Below, piece by piece: positions 29,944 to 40,023 of a stretch of 64,000 nt of DNA. The stretch comes from Flavobacterium sp. (lineage in GTDB: Bacteria; Bacteroidota; Bacteroidia; Flavobacteriales; Flavobacteriaceae). A program made the translations under genes and the position numbers. The stretch lies in NCBI GenBank assembly GCA_040402835.1, contig JBBALW010000004.1. One strand, written 5' to 3'. The notes beneath the pieces are model-generated. The model saw only the letters and a list, made by a program, of their open reading frames with translations. It ran no database searches and was not told where the DNA came from. How positions within the stretch are numbered: position 1 is the first letter of the stretch; each line of letters begins with the position of its first letter.

Positions 29944-30870
29944 TTGAAAACTTTAATAGACATAATTTGTGTTGGCGAAGTTATTATCGACTTCATAGGT
30001 CACGAACTCAGTACAATTGAAAATACTAAAAACTTTCAACGTTTTTTAGGCGGTTCTCCTACAAATGTAGCAGTTAATGCTACCCGTCTTGGATTGAATG
30101 TGGCACTTGTAGCAACAGGTGGGAATGACGGTTTAGGGGATTTTATAGTAGATAATTTAGAATCTAATAAAGTGAATACCACTCATTTTAGAAAATCAAT
30201 CACACAACCATCTTCCGTAATATTTATTTCTAAATCAAAAGAAACGCCAGAATTTATCCCTTTCCGACATGCAGACTGCGAAATTTTAGAAGAGCAGCTG
30301 CCACTTGAATTGTTAGAAAATGCAAAAATTTTCCACACTACTTGTTTTGCTTTGAGCAAAGAACCAGCACGAACTACTATTTTAAATAGCGCTAAAATAG
30401 CTAAAGAATTAGGGCTTCAATTGAGCATTGACATTAATTTTTCTGAAAAAATTTGGGATAGTCGAACAGAAGCATATGCGACTTTAGTTGAATATTTGGC
30501 TTTAGATCCATTAGTTAAACTTAGTGATGATGATTGTTTTAGATTATTTGAAGAAACTAAATCCGATGAATTTATTTTTGATTATTTCCATAATCTAGGA
30601 GTTTCGACCGTTTGTTTAACAAAGGGAAAAGATGGTGTAAAATTATCAGATAAAAAGCAAGGGATTTTTTTTCAAAAAGCACTTCAATTGGAAGAAATTA
30701 AAGACGTAACCGGTGCGGGGGATGCGTTTTGGGCAGGATTTTTATTTGCAATATTAAAAAGCAAGCGTTTTGAAGAATGCATTACGATTGCTCAAAAATT
30801 GGCAAGCATCAAGCTTCAAAACATTGGTTCTTTGCCTGATAATAGAGACATTGTTTCAGAATTAATGTAG
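29944..30870 (+). CDS. PfkB-family sugar kinase (fructokinase-like)
   Basis: 308 aa, TTG start. ..GGSPTNVA.. and ..DVTGAGDAFWAGF.. are PfkB signatures. Confidence 0.8.
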   Translation: MKTLIDIICVGEVIIDFIGHELSTIENTKNFQRFLGGSPTNVAVNATRLGLNVALVATGGNDGLGDFIVDNLESNKVNTTHFRKSITQPSSVIFISKSKETPEFIPFRHADCEILEEQLPLELLENAKIFHTTCFALSKEPARTTILNSAKIAKELGLQLSIDINFSEKIWDSRTEAYATLVEYLALDPLVKLSDDDCFRLFEETKSDEFIFDYFHNLGVSTVCLTKGKDGVKLSDKKQGIFFQKALQLEEIKDVTGAGDAFWAGFLFAILKSKRFEECITIAQKLASIKLQNIGSLPDNRDIVSELM

Positions 30871-30872
30871 AT

Positions 30873-31697
30873 TTAAACCGCTACAGTTCCGCGAATTAAT
30901 GGATGAGGATCGTATCCTTCTAGAGTAAAATCTTCAAATTTGAAATCAAAAATATTTTTTATTTCAGGATTTAATATCATTTTGGGCAATTCTTTTACGT
31001 CTCTCGAAAGTTGTAATTCGATTTGTTCAAAATGATTATTATAAATATGAGCATCTCCAAAAGTATGGATGAATTCGCCAACTTCTAAATCACAAACTTG
31101 TGCAATCATCATTGTAAATAAAGCGTAGGAAGCAATGTTAAAAGGAACTCCCAAAAATATATCGGCGCTTCTTTGATACAATTGACATGATAATTTACCT
31201 TCAGAAACATAAAATTGAAAAAAGGCGTGGCACGGTGGCAAAGCTACTTTTCCATTGGCTACATTCTCTGCAAAAGATTTTGTAGTATCTGGCAAAACAC
31301 TCGGATTCCAGGCCGAAACTAACATTCTACGACTGTTTGGATTGGTTTTTAAAGTGCCTATTAATTCTGTAATTTGGTCAATTTCTTCACTGTTCCAATT
31401 GCGCCATTGGTGTCCATAAACTGGACCTAAATCGCCTGATTCATTTGCCCATTCATCCCAAATTTTAACGCCGTTTTCTTGAAGATATTCAATATTTGTT
31501 TCGCCTTTTAAAAACCAAAGCAACTCATAAACAATAGATTTTAGATGTAATTTTTTGGTAGTTACCATCGGAAAACCTTGACTTAAATCGAAACGCATTT
31601 GATACCCAAAAACGCTTTTTGTTCCTGTTCCTGTGCGGTCTCCTTTTTGTGTTCCGTTATCTAAAACGTGTTGTACTAAGTCTAAATATTGCTTCAT
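30873..31697 (-). CDS. thyA: thymidylate synthase
   Basis: 274 aa. [20 protein letters not shown], ..[12 protein letters not shown].., ..DAHIYNNH. Confidence 0.96.
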   Translation of the reverse strand: MKQYLDLVQHVLDNGTQKGDRTGTGTKSVFGYQMRFDLSQGFPMVTTKKLHLKSIVYELLWFLKGETNIEYLQENGVKIWDEWANESGDLGPVYGHQWRNWNSEEIDQITELIGTLKTNPNSRRMLVSAWNPSVLPDTTKSFAENVANGKVALPPCHAFFQFYVSEGKLSCQLYQRSADIFLGVPFNIASYALFTMMIAQVCDLEVGEFIHTFGDAHIYNNHFEQIELQLSRDVKELPKMILNPEIKNIFDFKFEDFTLEGYDPHPLIRGTVAV

Positions 31698-31750
31698 CAG
31701 CGGATTATTTTAATATGTTTGAATTCGATTTTATGACAAAGTGTTATGAT

Positions 31751-33034
31751 TTATTTTTTGTAAATCACTCCGTCTTTCATAACAAAAATTACATTTTCTA
31801 ATGTACTTATAGTGACTAATGGATTTTCATTAACTGCAATTATATCGGCTAAAAATCCCTCTTTTATCTGACCTACTTCATTATCAATTCCTAGGAGAAA
31901 AGCATTAGTTGTTGTAGCTGCCTGAATGGCTTCAATAGGCGACATGCCGCCATTAACCATATAAGTAAATTCTTTAGCATTGATTCCGTGGGCGAAAACT
32001 CCTGCATCGGTCCCAAAAGCAATTTTAACACCTTTTTTATATGCTTTAGAAAAAGTAGCTTGAATTTTAGGGCCTATTTCTCTTGCTTTTGGCACCACTA
32101 TTTCAGGATAGAAACCACTTATTTCTGCATTTTTTTCAACCTCTTTCCCAGCGGTTAAAGTTGGAACCAAGTAGGCATCGTATTTTATCATTAGATCCAT
32201 AGATTCTTCACTCATGTAAGTACCGTGTTCGATGGTTTTAATGCCCCCTAATATAGCTCTTTGGATACCTTCGTCACCATGTGCATGAGCTGCTGTGAGC
32301 ATATTATAATCTTTTGCAGTAGTTGTGATGGCTTTTATTTCATCTATTGTAAACTGTGGATTTTTGCTATTTTTTGCTACACTAAGAACTCCGCCAGTAG
32401 CTGTTATTTTTATAACATCAGCTCCTTCTTTGTAGCGTTCCCGAACAGCTTTTACAGCATCTTCAGGAGAGTTTATCACCCCTTCAAGAGGTCCTGGATC
32501 GCCAGCAAACTTTCTATTACTGCCATTTGTAGGGTCGGCATGGCCTCCTGTTGTGGCAATTGATTTACCGGCCGTATAAATTCTGGGTCCTTTAATGATT
32601 CCTTTGTTAATTGCATTTCGTAAAGAAATATTAACACCAGTTCCCCCTAAATCACGTACGGTTGTAAATCCTGAAAGTAGTGTTATTTCTGCTGAATGAA
32701 CTGATCGGAAAGCAATATCTGCTTCATTATCGACATATTTTGAGATGTAACTGTGGCTGTCGTATTCGCCTTCAATGTGAACATGGAGGTCAATTAGTCC
32801 CGGGAGGATATATTTATTTTTAAGATTAATTTCAATATCTTCATCTTTAGCTTTGGAAATGAAACCGTTTTCAATTTTTATAATTTTGTTTTTTGAAATA
32901 ACTAGTGTTTTATTTTTCAATTCCGCACCATTTTTAGTATCAACGATGGTACCACAATGCAAATAATAATCTTGAGAAAATGAAATTTGACAAACAAATA
33001 CAATTAGTAGATTAAGGAGGTGTTTTGTTTTCAT
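31751..33034 (-). CDS. amidohydrolase-family metallo-hydrolase (secreted)
   Basis: 427 aa. Signal peptide, GLIDLHVHIEG (HxH), ..AHAHG.., ..FGTDAG... Confidence 0.85.
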   Translation of the reverse strand: MKTKHLLNLLIVFVCQISFSQDYYLHCGTIVDTKNGAELKNKTLVISKNKIIKIENGFISKAKDEDIEINLKNKYILPGLIDLHVHIEGEYDSHSYISKYVDNEADIAFRSVHSAEITLLSGFTTVRDLGGTGVNISLRNAINKGIIKGPRIYTAGKSIATTGGHADPTNGSNRKFAGDPGPLEGVINSPEDAVKAVRERYKEGADVIKITATGGVLSVAKNSKNPQFTIDEIKAITTTAKDYNMLTAAHAHGDEGIQRAILGGIKTIEHGTYMSEESMDLMIKYDAYLVPTLTAGKEVEKNAEISGFYPEIVVPKAREIGPKIQATFSKAYKKGVKIAFGTDAGVFAHGINAKEFTYMVNGGMSPIEAIQAATTTNAFLLGIDNEVGQIKEGFLADIIAVNENPLVTISTLENVIFVMKDGVIYKK

Positions 33035-33075
33035 AATTGGTAATTAATATATTAAATTTTTTGAAAAGGGGTTGT

Positions 33076-33699
33076 TTATTCTCTTTTTGAAATTTCGTCT
33101 CTAATTTTTGCTGCTTCACGATAATCTTCTTTTTCTACAGCGGCATCTAACAAATCTGTTAATTCCGTCATGCTATTTTTGGAATAAATGCTTCCGGAAG
33201 CCGCTTTATCTTCAATTCCAAAAGTATCTGGATTTGACAAAACATCATCAATTTCTTGAGAACTTCTGTCGTTGTCTAATAAATTGTTTTTTAAATAAAT
33301 TCCCGCTTTATCTAGTATGTTTTTATAGGTAAATATTGGTGCGTTGAAACGCAAAGCCAAAGCAATTGCATCGGAAGTTCGGGCATCAATAATTTCTTCA
33401 ATTTTGTCTCTTTCGCAAATAATACTCGAATAAAAAACACCGTCAACTAATTTATGAATGATAATTTGTTTGACAACAATATCAAAACGCTCCGCGAAAT
33501 TTTTAAATAAATCGTGCGTGAGTGGGCGAGGGGGTTTGATTTCTTTTTCTAAAGCAATGGCAATAGATTGTGCTTCGAAAGCCCCAATTACAATTGGAAG
33601 TTTTCGATCGCCATCTACTTCGTTCAAAATCAAGGCGTAAGCGCCATTTTGAGTTTGACTATATGAAATTCCTTTTATTGATAGTTTTACTAAGCTCAT
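33076..33699 (-). CDS. bifunctional nuclease (BFN/DUF151) with C-terminal UVR motif
   Basis: 207 aa. ..LPIVIGAFEAQSIAIALE...RPLTHDL.., C-terminal ..EKEDYREAAKIRDEISK (UvrB/C-like). Confidence 0.75.
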   Translation of the reverse strand: MSLVKLSIKGISYSQTQNGAYALILNEVDGDRKLPIVIGAFEAQSIAIALEKEIKPPRPLTHDLFKNFAERFDIVVKQIIIHKLVDGVFYSSIICERDKIEEIIDARTSDAIALALRFNAPIFTYKNILDKAGIYLKNNLLDNDRSSQEIDDVLSNPDTFGIEDKAASGSIYSKNSMTELTDLLDAAVEKEDYREAAKIRDEISKRE

Positions 33700-33821
33700 A
33701 GTTGCAAAAGTACAATGTATTGTATAAAGTTACAAAGAAAATGCGGTTATAAAACCAAAAAAGGTTGTCTAAATAAATAATTTATTCAGACAACCTTGTA
33801 TTTTTTAGTGTTTTAAACGAT

Positions 33822-34787
33822 TTAATTATTGGCTTTGAAAGCTTTTAATTTTTCGATTAATTTAGGTACGATTTCAAATGCATCACCTACAACGCCATAA
33901 TCTGCAACTTTGAAAAAAGGTGCTTCGGCATCTGTATTTATTACTACTTTCACTTTTGAAGAATTAATCCCAGCAATGTGTTGTATGGCTCCAGAAATTC
34001 CAATAGCAATATATAAATTTGCCGCAACGGGTTTTCCTGTTTGCCCAACGTGTTCTCCGTGAGATCTCCAACCCAAATCGGAAACTGGTTTTGAACAAGC
34101 AGTTGCAGCTCCTAAAACCGAGGCTAATTCTTCAATCATTCCCCAATTTTCAGGACCTTTTAATCCTCGACCAGCAGAAACTACAATATCTGCGTCGGCA
34201 ATGGTAACTTTTCCCGATGCTTTTTCAACTGAAACTACTTTCACTCCAAAATCAGCATCGTCAATTGTTGGATTGAAATCTTCTTGTGTTAATGAGGAAG
34301 CATTTTCGAAAATTCCATACGAATTTTTTGAAATACTCAATACTTTTATAGCGGTTGCTATTTCAGTTGTATTGAAAGCTTTGTTTGAAAATGCAGCTCT
34401 TTTTACTTGAAATGGCGAAATGCTCACCGGAAGCCCAACAACATTGGAAGCGAAACCAGCTTCTAACGCCACAGAAACTAAAGGCGCCAAATACAAACTA
34501 TCAGTTGTTGATGACAATACTATAATTTGTGCATTTTCTTTTTGTGCCGCTTGTTTGATGACATCTGCATAAGCTTTTGCTGTAAACCCTGATAATTTAT
34601 CGTTGTTTACTTTCAAAACTTTATCGACTCCATAATTTGATAATTCAGAAACATCACCAGCATTTATAGTAATTGCCGTTACAGTTGTCCCTAATGATTC
34701 CGCTACTTTTTTAGCATAAGAAGCCAATTCGAATGCTACTTTTTTAAATTTTCCTTCTGCAGATTCTGCGTAAATTAATATTGACAT
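33822..34787 (-). CDS. etfA: electron transfer flavoprotein alpha subunit
   Basis: 321 aa. FAD-binding C-terminus ..VGQTGK.V...LYIAIGISGAIQH..G... Confidence 0.92.
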   Translation of the reverse strand: MSILIYAESAEGKFKKVAFELASYAKKVAESLGTTVTAITINAGDVSELSNYGVDKVLKVNNDKLSGFTAKAYADVIKQAAQKENAQIIVLSSTTDSLYLAPLVSVALEAGFASNVVGLPVSISPFQVKRAAFSNKAFNTTEIATAIKVLSISKNSYGIFENASSLTQEDFNPTIDDADFGVKVVSVEKASGKVTIADADIVVSAGRGLKGPENWGMIEELASVLGAATACSKPVSDLGWRSHGEHVGQTGKPVAANLYIAIGISGAIQHIAGINSSKVKVVINTDAEAPFFKVADYGVVGDAFEIVPKLIEKLKAFKANN

Positions 34788-34804
34788 AATAATTTTAGAT
34801 TTTT

Positions 34805-34904
34805 CCTCTCCCCAGCCCTCTCCAAAGGAGAGGGTGCCAGAACGAGAATGTTACTTTGTTTTTATTTGTTTCTAGTTCCCCTCCTTCGGAGGGGTTAGGG
34901 GAGG
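34805..34904. mobile_element. MITE-like GC-rich hairpin element between etfB and etfA
   Basis: Imperfect inverted termini CCTCTCCCCAGCCCTCTCCAAAGGAGAGGG (34805..34834) and CCCCTCCTTCGGAGGGGTTAGGGGAGG (34878..34904). Each terminus is itself a hairpin. Same design as 62324..62494. Confidence 0.7.
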
Positions 34905-34910
34905 CTTTTT

Positions 34911-35657
34911 TTAGATAACTTTAGCCTCGTTGTGTAATAAATTTATTAATTCGTCCAAATTATCGGCACTTACTAATTTCACCGCTGATCTTGGTGCTGG
35001 TTTTTCAAATTTTATTGCTTTTGTTTCTGATGAAGCTGCAACAGGTTCTAAAATACTAAGTACTTTAGTTCTTGCTGTCATAATGCCTCTCATATTTGGA
35101 ATACGCAAATCTTTTTCTTCAACCAATCCTTTTTGTCCTCCTATAATTAAAGGTAAAGAAGTGGAAACAGTTTCTTTTCCACCATCGATTTCTCTTGATG
35201 CTGTCGCAGAATTTCCTTCAAAGGTAAGGCTCACGCAAGAATTTAGGAAGTTATATCCCAATAATCCTGCTACCATTCCCGGAACCATTCCTCCATTATA
35301 ATCTAAGGATTCTTTTCCTGCAATAATCAAATCGTAACCGCCATTTTTAATGACTTCGGCTAATTGTTTTGCAACAAAAAATCCGTCGGTTGGATTGGCA
35401 TTAATACGAATTGCTTCGTTAGCTCCAATCGCTAATGCCTTTCTTAAAGTTGGCTCGGTTTCTGGGCCGCCAACATTTACAACTGTAACCGTTGCTCCTT
35501 GTTGTTCTTGAAACCAAATGGCACGCGTTAAACCAAATTCATCATTTGGATTAATTACAAATTGAACGCCATTGGTGTCAAATTCAGAATCGCCATTTGT
35601 AAAATTAATTTTTGAAGTAGTATCAGGAACGTGGCTGATGCAAACTAATATTTTCAT
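34911..35657 (-). CDS. etfB: electron transfer flavoprotein beta subunit
   Basis: 248 aa. MKILVCISHVPDTTSKI.., ..DLIIAGKESLDYN... Confidence 0.92.
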   Translation of the reverse strand: MKILVCISHVPDTTSKINFTNGDSEFDTNGVQFVINPNDEFGLTRAIWFQEQQGATVTVVNVGGPETEPTLRKALAIGANEAIRINANPTDGFFVAKQLAEVIKNGGYDLIIAGKESLDYNGGMVPGMVAGLLGYNFLNSCVSLTFEGNSATASREIDGGKETVSTSLPLIIGGQKGLVEEKDLRIPNMRGIMTARTKVLSILEPVAASSETKAIKFEKPAPRSAVKLVSADNLDELINLLHNEAKVI

Positions 35658-35773
35658 TTTTTGTATGTTTTAAACAGTGTTTTTTCAGGGCACTAAATTA
35701 CTAATTAATTTTCATTTATTTTACTATGCACGCATAATATTTTTAATAAAAATTTCAATACTATATCGATTTC

Positions 35774-35840
35774 GTAGCCCTGATTGCAACGGCATCCCCC
35801 GCCCTTTGCGGGGATAAAGTGGAAAGCAGGAAATAGCTCC
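35774..35840 (+). repeat. intergenic repeat family member (TAGCCCTGAT...GCAGGAAATAGCTCC)
   Basis: Shares termini with 55391..55474 and, in reverse orientation, with 39515..39655 and 58019..58081. Contains the internal hairpin CCCCGCCCTTTGCGGGG. Confidence 0.6.
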
Positions 35841-35925
35841 AAATAATTTAAAAGAAATTTATGCAAATAAGTGGTATTAAATTTTTATTTTTGCATTAGA
35901 AAATTAAAAAAAAATATATAAATAG

Positions 35926-36906
35926 ATGAGAACTATACAATTTAGAGAAGCCATTTGTGAAGCGATGAGTGAGGAAATGCGTCGTGATGAATCAGTATAT
36001 TTAATGGGTGAAGAGGTTGCCGAATACAACGGTGCCTACAAAGCTTCGAAAGGAATGTTAGCTGAATTTGGCGAAAAACGTGTTATTGATACGCCAATTG
36101 CCGAACTTGGCTTTGCTGGAATTGCTGTTGGTTCTGCAATGAATGGTTGTCGTCCAATTGTAGAATATATGACGTTCAATTTCTCTTTAGTAGGAATTGA
36201 CCAAATAATAAACAACGCAGCAAAAATGCGTCAAATGTCGGCGGGACAATTTCCAATGGCAATGGTTTTTAGAGGTCCTACAGCCTCTGCGGGTCAACTT
36301 GGAGCAACACATTCACAGGCTTTTGAAAGTTGGTTCGCCAATACACCAGGATTAAAAGTGGTAGTTCCATCAACGGTTTATGATGCAAAAGGATTATTGA
36401 AAGCTGCAATTCGTGATAATGATCCTGTAATTTTCATGGAATCGGAGCAAATGTATGGCGACAAAGGAGAAGTTCCAGATGGCGATTATATCATTCCTCT
36501 TGGAGTTGCCGATATTAAAAGAGAAGGTTCTGATGTAACAATTGTTTCTTTTGGAAAAATTATCAAAGAGGCTCATATCGCTGCTGACGAATTAGCAAAA
36601 GAAGGAATTTCTTGCGAAATTATAGATTTGAGAACGGTGCGTCCCTTAGATTATGAAACGATATTAACGTCCGTTAAAAAAACAAATAGATTAGTAGTTC
36701 TTGAAGAAGCGTGGCCTTTTGCAAGTGTTGCTTCAGAAATTACATATATTGTTCAAGAACGTGCATTTGATTTCTTAGATGCTCCAGTTCAAAGAATTAC
36801 AACTGCCGATACACCAGCGCCTTATTCTCCAACATTGTTGAAAGAATGGTTGCCAAATGCAGGCGACGTAGTAAAAGCGGTGAAAAAAGTGATGTACAAA
36901 AAATAA
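35926..36906 (+). CDS. pdhB: pyruvate/2-oxoacid dehydrogenase E1 component beta subunit
   Basis: 326 aa. ..REAI.EAM.EEMRRD..V.LMGEEV..Y.GAYK.., transketolase-like pyrimidine-binding and C-terminal domains. Confidence 0.88.
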   Translation: MRTIQFREAICEAMSEEMRRDESVYLMGEEVAEYNGAYKASKGMLAEFGEKRVIDTPIAELGFAGIAVGSAMNGCRPIVEYMTFNFSLVGIDQIINNAAKMRQMSAGQFPMAMVFRGPTASAGQLGATHSQAFESWFANTPGLKVVVPSTVYDAKGLLKAAIRDNDPVIFMESEQMYGDKGEVPDGDYIIPLGVADIKREGSDVTIVSFGKIIKEAHIAADELAKEGISCEIIDLRTVRPLDYETILTSVKKTNRLVVLEEAWPFASVASEITYIVQERAFDFLDAPVQRITTADTPAPYSPTLLKEWLPNAGDVVKAVKKVMYKK

Positions 36907-37021
36907 ATTATAAACATAAATTCTTGAAAATTTATGCAATTGTAAATTTAACAGTCCGTAAAACTAAAAATTACAAAATTTGAAATTCATCAATATTATT
37001 TGATGAAGTTTTTTTTGACTT

Positions 37022-39514
37022 ATGAAACACACATTATTTACAATCATATTAACTTTATTAACAGGATTTACTTTTGCTCAAACTAAAGTAAGTGGCATGG
37101 TTGTTGACAATGAAAATCACCCAGTCCCGTATGCAAATGTTGTTTTCAAAGGAACAATCGAAGGGGTTGTGACCAATGAAGACGGACGTTTTTACTTAGA
37201 ATCGCAACGTACATATAAAGTTATTGTAGTTTCTTTTGCAGGCTTTGAAACCAAAGAAGTTACCTTGCCTAAAGCGGTCAATTTTGATTTTAAAATAAAA
37301 ATTAGTGATGGAGTAAAATTGAATGCAGTGGTAATTTATTCCGGAAAAACCTCAAAAAAAAACAATCCCGCAATAGATATTCTTAGAAAAATTTGGGAAC
37401 ACAGACGTAAAAATGGTTTGCGTCAGTTCAATCAATACCAAATGGAAAAATACGAAAAATTGGAATTTGATATGAATACCATTGACAGTGCTTTTATGAA
37501 AAGTAAAATTTTCAAGGGAATGGAATTTATTTTCAAACAGGTTGATACCTCCAATGTTACAGGAAAAACCTATTTGCCAATTTTTATTAACGAGGCTCTT
37601 TCTAATGTATACGGCGATAATGTGCGTGGGAAAGTCAAAGAAATACTGAAAGCCAACAAAAATTCAGGATTTAATACGAATCAGCAAATCATTGAATTTA
37701 TCAAAGACCTATATAATGAGAATGATATCTATAATAATTATCTTAATTTCTTCGATAAGAGTTTTACAAGCCCGCTATCAAGAACAGGAATCGATGTTTA
37801 CAATTATGTATTAAGAGACAGTTCATTTATTGACAAAAAATGGTGTTATAATATTGTATTCTATCCAAGACGAAAAAACGAATTGACGTTTAAAGGGGAT
37901 TTTTGGGTTAACGACTCTACCTATTCCGTCAAAAACATCAATATGGCATCTACAAAAAGTGCTAATATCAACTGGGTAAAGGATATTTATATAGAACAAG
38001 AATTTGAGGTTTTGAACGATTCGATTTTCTTATTAACTAGAGATTACATGATGACCGATTTTGCTTTAAGCAAAAAAGAAACTTCTAGAGGTATGTATGG
38101 CAAACGTACTAGCCTTTATAGAAATCATCAATTTAACATAAATAAACCAGCTGATTTTTACAAAGAAGAAACTTTTGATAAAGAGGAATCTATATTTACT
38201 AAACCAGATGAATTTTGGGAAGAAAATCGTTTTGAAAACTTAAATAAAGATGAAAAAGGTATATATAAAATGCTTGATACTTTACAAACTAATCGAAAAT
38301 TTAAGCAATTATATAATGTTATTACAATATTAGGAAGTGGCTATTATAATTATGGAATTATTGATTATGGACCTGTTTTATCTACTGTAGGTTATAATAA
38401 TGTGGAAGGATTTCGATTGCGTGTGGGTGGGCGAACTTATTTTGGACGCAATGACCCTTGGAGAATTCAAGCGTACACAGCCTATGGGTTTAAAGATAAT
38501 AAATTCAAATATGGAGTTTCTGGAAAATGGCTTTTAAATCGAAACAACCGATTTATTATTGAAGGTGGAACAAGACGTGATGTGGAACAAATTGGCGCAA
38601 GCCTTACCACTTCTAATGATGTTTTAGGACGTAGTTTTGCTTCGTCATCATTATTCGCAGGTGGCAATAATGGTAAATTAACTAATGTAAATTTTAGTTC
38701 ATTTGCCGTTGAACTAGAACCAATTAAAAATGTGACTTTATTAGCTGGATTTTCTTACAGAACTTTAGTTTCCGCTTCGCCAGAATTCAAATTGGACTAT
38801 TACACCACTTTGCCAGATGCTTTTGGAAATGGTGGAATTACAAGAGCCGACTTAAAACAATCGGAAGTTAATTTCCAAATTGATTATACTCCTGGAAGAA
38901 AAACAGTAGGATATGCCGTTGAACGACAAATAGTGAGCAGTCCTTATCCTAGATTTTATGTCAACTTTAGCCAAGGAATAAAAGGGTTTTTAGGCAGTGA
39001 TTTTGATTATAAAAAAGTACAACTGTATTATAAACAACCTGTTATTATTGGCCCACTGGGAGTGTTAAACTCAACTATTGAGTTAGGAAAAACCTTTGGC
39101 GCCGTGCCCTTGGGACTGATGAGTATTATTCCTGGAAACCAAACTTATTTCTCCATTAGAAATACCTTCAACCTTTTAAATTTCTACGAATTTGAAGCCG
39201 ATCAATATGCAACACTTCAGCTGGAGCACAATTTTGGGGGTCGAATTTTTGCTAGAATACCTTATTTTAGAAAATTAAATTGGAGAGAAACAATAGGCTT
39301 TAGAGGGGCATACGGAACAATTTCTGAGGATAGTAGAGCTTTAAACGCCTCAGGAATAATCTATAGAGCTCCAGAAAATGTGTATTGGGAATACAATGCA
39401 GGAATTGGAAATATCTATAAAGTTTTCAAAATTGAATTCAGTTGGAGAGGTTCATATATAACTCCTCAAACCAATAATTTTGGAATAAAAGGCTCGTTTG
39501 GAATCTATTTTTAG
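37022..39514 (+). CDS. CarboxypepD_reg-like domain + DUF5686-type outer-membrane protein
   Basis: 830 aa. Signal peptide, VSGMVVDNENHPVPYANVVFKGT..GVVTNEDGRFYLES (carboxypeptidase regulatory-like fold), large beta-rich C-terminus ending ..GSFGIYF. Confidence 0.65.
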   Translation: MKHTLFTIILTLLTGFTFAQTKVSGMVVDNENHPVPYANVVFKGTIEGVVTNEDGRFYLESQRTYKVIVVSFAGFETKEVTLPKAVNFDFKIKISDGVKLNAVVIYSGKTSKKNNPAIDILRKIWEHRRKNGLRQFNQYQMEKYEKLEFDMNTIDSAFMKSKIFKGMEFIFKQVDTSNVTGKTYLPIFINEALSNVYGDNVRGKVKEILKANKNSGFNTNQQIIEFIKDLYNENDIYNNYLNFFDKSFTSPLSRTGIDVYNYVLRDSSFIDKKWCYNIVFYPRRKNELTFKGDFWVNDSTYSVKNINMASTKSANINWVKDIYIEQEFEVLNDSIFLLTRDYMMTDFALSKKETSRGMYGKRTSLYRNHQFNINKPADFYKEETFDKEESIFTKPDEFWEENRFENLNKDEKGIYKMLDTLQTNRKFKQLYNVITILGSGYYNYGIIDYGPVLSTVGYNNVEGFRLRVGGRTYFGRNDPWRIQAYTAYGFKDNKFKYGVSGKWLLNRNNRFIIEGGTRRDVEQIGASLTTSNDVLGRSFASSSLFAGGNNGKLTNVNFSSFAVELEPIKNVTLLAGFSYRTLVSASPEFKLDYYTTLPDAFGNGGITRADLKQSEVNFQIDYTPGRKTVGYAVERQIVSSPYPRFYVNFSQGIKGFLGSDFDYKKVQLYYKQPVIIGPLGVLNSTIELGKTFGAVPLGLMSIIPGNQTYFSIRNTFNLLNFYEFEADQYATLQLEHNFGGRIFARIPYFRKLNWRETIGFRGAYGTISEDSRALNASGIIYRAPENVYWEYNAGIGNIYKVFKIEFSWRGSYITPQTNNFGIKGSFGIYF

Positions 39515-39655
39515 AAGCTATTCCAGCTATTCATTACAAGTCCTCATTCAAAAAGTTGTTTTTTTAAGCCTAAAAATGAGCTTCCTTCCGTCGCTCTTTT
39601 TCGGCAAGAAAAACTAACTTTTTTCATTCCGGGCTTTCCATTTCTATCTGGGCTA
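39515..39655 (-). repeat. intergenic repeat family member (GAAGCTATTCC...GGGCTTTCCATTTCTATCTGGGCTA)
   Basis: Termini are the reverse complement of the 35774/55391 type. Begins immediately after the stop of the preceding gene. Confidence 0.55.
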
Positions 39656-40023
39656 AAAACGTTTTTAGTATTCATTTACATTTAAGTGTAAGATAAATCG
39701 GTGGTTTAAAACTATAATTTGTCAAGCCCCTTGTATTGTTATAAAGTATCAAAGTGACTTTTTTTCCCAAAACCAAAAGGTTATTTGACCGTTAACGAAT
39801 TAGAACCAAAAATTCTAAATTTTTTTAATGGCTTCAAAAACGTGAATTTTTGCTAAAACCAGAGTGTTTATTTAGATATTGAATGGAGTAAAACGTAAAT
39901 GAGTTAGTCGAATAAATAGCAACGAAATCAAAAAATTTAATTTCACACAGCAAGAATATTAAATCAATCTTAAGAATAAAATTGTTTTCATAATATTTAA
40001 ACGTCATACTTTTAAACAAAAAT

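Noticed and set aside
23259-30872. Sucrose locus as a fourth tail-duplication islet downstream of thyA
   Set aside because: I found no copy of the thyA 3' end (..PLIRGTVAV*) at the far side of the locus near 23259..23336 or 24363..24515.
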